DNA of 64,000 nt from Candidatus Gottesmanbacteria bacterium (lineage in GTDB: Bacteria > Patescibacteriota > Microgenomatia > UBA10105 > UBA927): positions 18,696 to 82,695 of the forward strand of contig JAUXTO010000013.1 of assembly GCA_030679255.1 (NCBI GenBank). Direction: 5' to 3'. The notes under the pieces are model-generated. The model saw only the letters and a list, made by a program, of their open reading frames with translations, searched no databases and was not told the origin of the DNA. A program made the translations under genes and the position numbers. Of this stretch, positions 58,286 to 64,000 are shown in pieces (position 1 is the first letter of the stretch; every line of letters starts with the position of its first letter).

Positions 58286-58830
58286 AGTTCGTTAAATTGA
58301 TTAATGTTTTTGCGTTCCTCTATTGCTGCATCAATTGATTTATGGAGCGGGAGTAAGATCGGAGATTGTTTCTCTGGTTGCCAAAGCATCTCAGCGGGAA
58401 GTTGGCTTCTTAATGTGTGTAAGATTGATTCATGAACTACAATATAATCCTGTATTATGGGTATCATAGAGCTGATATCGTTATGTTCCTGCTTCGATAA
58501 TACGATGAGCAAGGATAAACGATGAGCGTAATTATTCGAACGATCTAGTGCATCAAGCGCGAGAACATATTGTTTGTATTCAAAGAGCGTTTTTGCTTCA
58601 ACGAGATATTTATCGGATAAAGAAAGGTAATATTTCGTTTTTGCGATACTTCCGAAGTACCAATACTTTTTTATATCATCAACTGCTCTTGAAATTCTGT
58701 AAAGCTTGTTCCCCGGCATATAGGAAGGATAAGGAAGAACATAGCCGGCAAAAGCTGGACGGACAATAAACAGTAAGCAATAAACAATAAGCAATAAGAA
58801 AAAAAGGGGAATTCTCCAATTATTTATCAT
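58282..58830 (-). CDS. Secreted/anchored helical protein (DUF5667-like)
   Basis: Signal peptide ending AFA, then YVLPYPSYMPGNKLY...K..YYL.LSDK.L.EA pattern. Confidence 0.65.
   Translation of the reverse strand: MINNWRIPLFFLLLIVYCLLFIVRPAFAGYVLPYPSYMPGNKLYRISRAVDDIKKYWYFGSIAKTKYYLSLSDKYLVEAKTLFEYKQYVLALDALDRSNNYAHRLSLLIVLSKQEHNDISSMIPIIQDYIVVHESILHTLRSQLPAEMLWQPEKQSPILLPLHKSIDAAIEERKNINQFNEL
58763..58798. repeat. Five-unit 7-mer array encoding the signal-peptide hydrophobic core (LLIVYCLLFIV)
   Basis: ACAATAA ACAGTAA GCAATAA ACAATAA GCAATAA. Confidence 0.75.
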
Positions 58831-59666
58831 ACAATTTCCTCATGATTTCGACTATACCTCCAATACGCGAGAGGGTGGTGCAACGCCGAAAATAAAGCGA
58901 AAAGTAATCCCCAGTATCCGTCAAGAAATCCTTTATGACGAACGTAGAGAAGAATAAACGTAACGGATGGCTTCACTGCATTGTATACGAACCATGTGAC
59001 AAGATTAACGGATAACTTTTGATGTTTCATCTCTTGCGCCTGAAGGGCAATATATGAATTTGCCTTATACCAATACTCCGCAATTGAGCTGTATGAATGA
59101 TGAAGAAGTGGATTGATAATATATCCGATCTGTCCGTCAACGCTAATCTGCTCATGCACACTCTTGCAAGGAAAATTTGCCTTCCCTCTCCTGACAAGCC
59201 GGATGACGTAATCCGGATACTGACCACCCTTTCGCATCCAATGACCGCAGAAGAAATTCTTCCGCGGGATATAGTAACCATTCGGAGTCAAAAGTCGAAA
59301 GTCGCCTGCCCGCAGATGCTTCGCGTCAAGCGTTGCAGGCGGGAAAGTCAAAAGTCTCATTAGATTGAGTATTTCTTCTCGGAGTTCGGGTGTGACTACT
59401 TCATCTGCGTCCAGCTGGAGGATCCATTCACTACGGCAGGCTACAAGGGCTTTTTGTTTATTAATATGAAATATCGGCGGATTATCTGAATGGATAATCC
59501 GGGCGTTATAGCGCTTCGCGATCTCAAGAGTACGATCCCGCGATCCCCCATCGACAAGGACTATTTCGTCAGCCCATGCAACCACAGAAGAGAGGCATGC
59601 ATCGAGTTTCACTTCCTCGTTGTAGACGGCAATGGCTACTGATGATGTGATCTTCTTTTTTGCCAT
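58827..59666 (-). CDS. GT2 glycosyltransferase (WaaE/KdtX-like) with in-frame insertion
   Basis: AVYNEE, VDGGSRD, WILQLDADE, GYYIPRKN, YPDYVIRL, VHE, GFLDG. Confidence 0.9.
   Translation of the reverse strand: MAKKKITSSVAIAVYNEEVKLDACLSSVVAWADEIVLVDGGSRDRTLEIAKRYNARIIHSDNPPIFHINKQKALVACRSEWILQLDADEVVTPELREEILNLMRLLTFPPATLDAKHLRAGDFRLLTPNGYYIPRKNFFCGHWMRKGGQYPDYVIRLVRRGKANFPCKSVHEQISVDGQIGYIINPLLHHSYSSIAEYWYKANSYIALQAQEMKHQKLSVNLVTWFVYNAVKPSVTFILLYVRHKGFLDGYWGLLFALFSALHHPLAYWRYSRNHEEIV
59286..59356. repeat. AAAGTCG/A 7-mer array interrupted by a 39-bp hairpin, in frame in GT2
   Basis: AGTCA AAAGTCG AAAGTCG-[CCTGCCCGCAGATGCTTCGCGTCAAGCGTTGCAGGCGGG]-AAAGTCA AAAGTC; reverse-complement homolog of 1874-1941. 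Confidence 0.88.
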
Positions 59667-61315
59667 AGGAATCCACCTATACCTATACTGGTTAGTACCA
59701 CAATCGATAGAGCGCTGATCCAATTTGCCGTACGCCGAACTTTTGTATCACTAAAACGTATCTTCACGGTATGGGTTCCTTTCGGAACAAAAAACGTCAT
59801 CAACCCTCGATGGAGAGAGCTTTGAAATTCTATTGGAATAATGTTGTTGTCCACAAATACATTCCAACCCGGAAAATAAAGGGTGTTTTCGACGAGTTGG
59901 ACTTCATGTTCATTCGTTATAGCATACTCTCGGGTCGTTGTATTGCGTAGACGCGTCTCTATACGAGCATCCCCACTGATAACTTCAATCGGGGCTTTTG
60001 GCCGCTGTTCCATAAATCGAACGGACCAAATCGGACTCGCCTCACCCGTGTCTGTCGTACCATCAAAAATTCCGGTAAAATATTCATGCGGATAATTTAT
60101 GTACCCGTTCGGATACCACATATTCGAGCTGATAATTATAGATAATAAACAAAATACCGTACAAAAAAACCGTGTGACATGTTGACCTTGCCGATATATT
60201 TTGAGTATGTGAGATATCGTAAGCCCACCGAGTACCGCAGCAAGAAATGTGGTTAACGAAAGAAACCGCCATGGAAATTGCAATTTAATCATGAGAGGAA
60301 TATTCGTCCATATGCCTGCAGATTGTGGTGTCATGAGAAATAACGCAGAAAAAAATAAGACCAAGCACCCACCGATCAACCATCTATCTCTCCAATGTCT
60401 TGCTTTCCACATACACCAAAATGATCCTATGATTGCTATCCAACCGCTCATCCCGATCTCCTTACTAAACTCAGTTCCACCACCAAAATTCCATGAAGAA
60501 GAGATAAACCAATTCCATGCAGTAAATCCACCAAGCGCACCTTGCGTCACTTTATCAATTAAAATATATTTTTGTTCAAAAACTGCCGGCACCCAAAAAA
60601 AAGCGGAAAGTAAAAAACCAAACATAAGTCCCATCAGACCGAAAAATACAAAAAAATGCTTCTGTTTCGTTTCATAAACACAAAGATATAAACCATATAT
60701 TCCAACAATAGGTAAAAATATTACACTCAGCGCATTGTGACTTAAAATAAGTCCCGCAGTGCTTAAACCGAATATAATCGCCGACGATATATACTGTTTA
60801 GGATACCGGGCCAACCGTAATAAGCTCCAACATAGCAATGGAGGATATATAAATGCAACGTGCTCCCCGAGTGCGCCACGTACATATAAATCCACAAACC
60901 GATATGGAGCAAATGTGTACAAGATCGAAGCGACTACTCCGGAGACTATTCCCAACTGTTCGCGTATCCAAAAAAAGATTGTTAAAGCACTTAAAATATA
61001 GGCAACTGCAAAAACCAATTTTGTACTGTCAACCAAGGAAAATCCTACGATATGAAATAGTGACGCGACATAAGAAGGCAGAGGATATACGAATTCAATT
61101 ATTGGACTGCCGTATCCCCAATTGAGATTGGAAGCCCACCGGGGTACAATGTTTCCTTCCATAAACGATGCATAAAAATTTGCAATTCGGGCTATATGGA
61201 TCCTACCATCATGCGTCAGGGGTATACCTTCATGAAATAGAGGCACCAAAGGGATCGTTGATACGACCACGAGCCAAAACCACGAAGATTTCACCATTCG
61301 TCTTATTATGTTCAT
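59636..61315 (-). CDS. Polytopic GT-C-like membrane protein (PTPS-related/YfhO family)
   Basis: THDGRIHIAR, PRWASNLNWGYG, YVRGALGE, QFPWRF, YFPGW; start uncertain. Confidence 0.75.
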   Translation of the reverse strand: MNIIRRMVKSSWFWLVVVSTIPLVPLFHEGIPLTHDGRIHIARIANFYASFMEGNIVPRWASNLNWGYGSPIIEFVYPLPSYVASLFHIVGFSLVDSTKLVFAVAYILSALTIFFWIREQLGIVSGVVASILYTFAPYRFVDLYVRGALGEHVAFIYPPLLCWSLLRLARYPKQYISSAIIFGLSTAGLILSHNALSVIFLPIVGIYGLYLCVYETKQKHFFVFFGLMGLMFGFLLSAFFWVPAVFEQKYILIDKVTQGALGGFTAWNWFISSSWNFGGGTEFSKEIGMSGWIAIIGSFWCMWKARHWRDRWLIGGCLVLFFSALFLMTPQSAGIWTNIPLMIKLQFPWRFLSLTTFLAAVLGGLTISHILKIYRQGQHVTRFFCTVFCLLSIIISSNMWYPNGYINYPHEYFTGIFDGTTDTGEASPIWSVRFMEQRPKAPIEVISGDARIETRLRNTTTREYAITNEHEVQLVENTLYFPGWNVFVDNNIIPIEFQSSLHRGLMTFFVPKGTHTVKIRFSDTKVRRTANWISALSIVVLTSIGIGGFLWQKRRSHHQ

Positions 61316-61340
61316 AAATTGTATGAATGTATTCACGCAC

Positions 61341-62987
61341 CTATCGAATGAGTAACTTTTTTCCATATCGAAGGGAGCGTAATAAAACCCATAACCCTAA
61401 CAAGCCAAACGAGATACTACTTATGATGTTTGCGACCGTTCTGACCCTTGTGTCACTGAAATATATGGAGACGTTATGCTCGCCAAGAGGCGCATAAAAA
61501 GTTATGAGTCCCCGATACGCAGGATCCTGATATTCAATCTGCGTCTCCTTGCCGTCAATAAATACCTTCCATCCCGGAAAATACAGCGTGTTTTCTGCTA
61601 TGCGCAGCGTTTCTTCTGCCATCACCCTATATTCTCTCTGTGTTGTATTCTTGTGTGTGAGCGTTACCGTACCGCTTCCTTCTATAAGTAGAGCGGGTTC
61701 GGTCGGGCGCTTCCCCATCTGTCGAATCGACCATATCGGCGAACTTTCTCCAGTATCTGTGGTGCTCGGATATATGGCGCTATAGACTGATTCGTCACGC
61801 TGTTGATATCCCGATGGATGCCACATGTTTGCAGTAAAAAAAATAGACAGGAAACAAAAAACAATAAGCAGAATATGCTTATTGTTCCGAAGTAATGATG
61901 GGATTGATATTCCTCCCAAAATAGCAGAAGCCAATACCGAAAGTGATAAAAATCTCCAGGGAAATTGAAACTTTTGAAGTAACACTATCCTCTGCCAGAT
62001 AACACCTGATGCTTCCGTCATCATAAATAATGAAAGTATCAGCATTCCTAACGTTCCAATAAGTACGATACGGATCTTCTGAACCTTCGTTTTCCACAGA
62101 ACAATAACCGACATCACGATACCGATCCATTGGGCAAAACCCAGAAATTTCGGCAACACTTCGCCGCTACCATAATTCCACGCTGAATAGAAAAACCACG
62201 TCCATGGTACAAAACGGTTCAGTGCTTCCCCTGCCGTCACAATATCGCGGAGTGTATATTTTCCTTCAATAAATGCTGGAATCCAAAAAAAGGCAGAAAG
62301 AGCAAAACCGAGAGACAAAAGACAAGAGACAAGAAGCAAGAAACGAAACTTATTCTTTGCTTCAAAAAAACATAAATAGAGAGAGTACATCAATATCAAA
62401 GGCAACATCATGAGAGCAACTGCGTTATGAGATAAAATGAGTCCGGCAACTCCGAATGAAATCGCAAATATAGAAATCAATGTGGAGCCTTTCGATTTGG
62501 AAAGCACTAATAACCCCCATAAAATCAACGGAGGAAATACAAAGGCCACATGCTCGCCAAGCGCACCGCGGACATAAAGATCCACAAATCGGTATGGAGC
62601 AAATATATACAACAGGGCTCCTATAAGCCCTGCACGTTTTCCAAACGCGCTACTCATCCACAGATACATCGTGAGAGCACTTAAAATATATGCAACACCA
62701 AAAACAAGCTTTGTACTGTCTACAAACGAAAATCCTATACCATGAAACAGCGAAGCAACATACGAAGGCAACGGATAGAGAAACATGAGTATTGGATGTC
62801 CGTATCCCCAATTTAGGTTTCCTGCCCAACGTGGGATGAGATTTCCCTCAGATAGCGACTGGTAAAAATTGGCAATTCGCGCGACATGATCGGGCGTATC
62901 ATGACCCATGGGCAACCCCGGTCGAAAAAGGTTCAAGATCGGAAGTATCGAAAGAAAAATAAGCAGCAACGGAATGAATCGTTTCAT
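61341..62987 (-). CDS. Polytopic GT-C-like membrane protein, tandem paralog of the downstream gene
   Basis: GHDTPDHVAR, PRWAGNLNWGYG, APYRFVDLYVRGALGEHVAF shared with 59636-61315. Confidence 0.78.
   Translation of the reverse strand: MKRFIPLLLIFLSILPILNLFRPGLPMGHDTPDHVARIANFYQSLSEGNLIPRWAGNLNWGYGHPILMFLYPLPSYVASLFHGIGFSFVDSTKLVFGVAYILSALTMYLWMSSAFGKRAGLIGALLYIFAPYRFVDLYVRGALGEHVAFVFPPLILWGLLVLSKSKGSTLISIFAISFGVAGLILSHNAVALMMLPLILMYSLYLCFFEAKNKFRFLLLVSCLLSLGFALSAFFWIPAFIEGKYTLRDIVTAGEALNRFVPWTWFFYSAWNYGSGEVLPKFLGFAQWIGIVMSVIVLWKTKVQKIRIVLIGTLGMLILSLFMMTEASGVIWQRIVLLQKFQFPWRFLSLSVLASAILGGISIPSLLRNNKHILLIVFCFLSIFFTANMWHPSGYQQRDESVYSAIYPSTTDTGESSPIWSIRQMGKRPTEPALLIEGSGTVTLTHKNTTQREYRVMAEETLRIAENTLYFPGWKVFIDGKETQIEYQDPAYRGLITFYAPLGEHNVSIYFSDTRVRTVANIISSISFGLLGLWVLLRSLRYGKKLLIR
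62311..62340. repeat. In-frame 7-mer array in a TM helix (LLLVSCLLSL)
   Basis: AGAGACA AAAGACA AGAGACA AGAAGCA AG; the aligned stretch of the paralog is non-repetitive (FVFFGLMGLMFG). Confidence 0.6.
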
Positions 62988-62990
62988 ATA

Positions 62991-64000
62991 CTAATATTCC
63001 CGTTTTTCGAGTATGAGCCCGTTGAGAAGCGTTTTTATCCATATTGTTTTCCCGCCTTGCACCACTGTTTCCAGCCATCCATTTTGGCGCCACGGTTTAT
63101 CATTATCCGGTTCGATGATCAGGTATGCTAATCCTTTTTTTTCGTAATGGGGTACGTATCCATACGTCTGCTTTCCGTACGTTTTAAATAAATAATCATA
63201 CGGCCAGGTATACACGGAAGGAATAAAAATGAATACAGAAAAAGATTTGCCATCGGCATCTTGATAGATGGTATCAAGCACGAACCGCTTTCCCTGAATT
63301 TTTTCAAATTTCCCCGTATCGCCCAGATCGGACGTATACGAGACATACATCCGAAATACGGATCCCACACCGAGACCCAAGATAAATAGCGCAATCACGA
63401 TAAACGCTAACGAAACAAAGGGCGTGTTCTTTTTTCTCTGAACACACGCCACTATCGCGTAGGTAAATAGCAACGTAAACCCAAGGCGCGTATGGGTGAG
63501 ATAATAATCCCAAACGACATTATTTAACACCAAATATCCTGCCCATGTTGTCATCAACATGAGCACTAAAAATAGTATAAATTTCCGGTGTTTAGATTCC
63601 CGTACTTGAAATAAACCAAACCCGACGACCGGCATGACGGCATATAATAATATCTTTTGCATCTGACCGGAAATCCATCCGAATTCAAATGTAAATGTAT
63701 TCGTAAAATTATTCCAATAGTCTACCCCGTGAGCGTATAACCTTTTGGACTCAAAGATTGAGCTGCCGCCCGCGCCGCCACTCACGGTATATTCCCATGC
63801 CGACCGGACCGCCATAAATCCATGCCTTGCTTCAAACAGAAACATCGGCAAATACCCGAAGACAATGGCAAGCACGCAGTACAGATATACCCGTACGTCA
63901 CGGATTTTATAGATGAGGGGTATGGACAGCAACACTGATACAGTCAAGGGTACGGCAACGCCAAGCTGAGAATGATAGCTAAATCCGGACATAAATACGG
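62991..64000 (-). CDS. ArnT-like GT-C membrane protein, 3' part (5' end outside window)
   Basis: P..LFEARHGF, WDYY, multiple TMs, C-terminal soluble domain; frame open to the window edge. Confidence 0.65.
   Translation of the reverse strand, partial: VFMSGFSYHSQLGVAVPLTVSVLLSIPLIYKIRDVRVYLYCVLAIVFGYLPMFLFEARHGFMAVRSAWEYTVSGGAGGSSIFESKRLYAHGVDYWNNFTNTFTFEFGWISGQMQKILLYAVMPVVGFGLFQVRESKHRKFILFLVLMLMTTWAGYLVLNNVVWDYYLTHTRLGFTLLFTYAIVACVQRKKNTPFVSLAFIVIALFILGLGVGSVFRMYVSYTSDLGDTGKFEKIQGKRFVLDTIYQDADGKSFSVFIFIPSVYTWPYDYLFKTYGKQTYGYVPHYEKKGLAYLIIEPDNDKPWRQNGWLETVVQGGKTIWIKTLLNGLILEKREY

Noticed and set aside
1-64000. tRNA, rRNA, transposase or prophage genes
   Set aside because: None recognised; intergenic space is minimal and accounted for, though small ncRNAs cannot be excluded without a covariance-model search

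Overview
A 64-kb slice of a very large cell-surface glycan/glycosylation locus, almost entirely on the minus strand with tightly overlapping genes. It encodes many GT2/GT4 glycosyltransferases, NDP-sugar enzymes (GalE, UXS-like decarboxylases, Ugd, RfbF, a CapD/FnlA-like dehydratase, four DegT-fold enzymes including a His-type ColD/RfbH-like one, two sugar C-methyltransferases, two formyltransferases), a Wzx flippase and about ten large polytopic GT-C/YfhO-like membrane proteins. Gene content and style suggest a Patescibacteria/CPR (Microgenomates-like) genome (inference). Two non-glycan layers stand out. (1) At 7.2-13.7 kb, three AbiEi/AbiEii type IV TA pairs and an AAA/DUF4143 ATPase are stacked as self-promoted cassettes. 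They are separated by four decayed, mutually divergent copies of the first ~20 codons of the downstream GT2 gene and by three copies of a ~95-bp hairpin element, with no recombinase in the window. (2) A four-helix-bundle (23S rRNA-IVP/Avd-like) gene is bracketed by complementary 7-mer arrays. Related 7/8-mer arrays and REP-like hairpins are scattered through the locus, many inserted in frame inside glycosyltransferase genes, and one heptamer+hairpin composite occurs twice, 57 kb apart, in opposite orientation. No rRNA, tRNA, CRISPR array, transposase, integrase or reverse transcriptase was recognised. All family calls come from motif recognition by eye, not from database searches.
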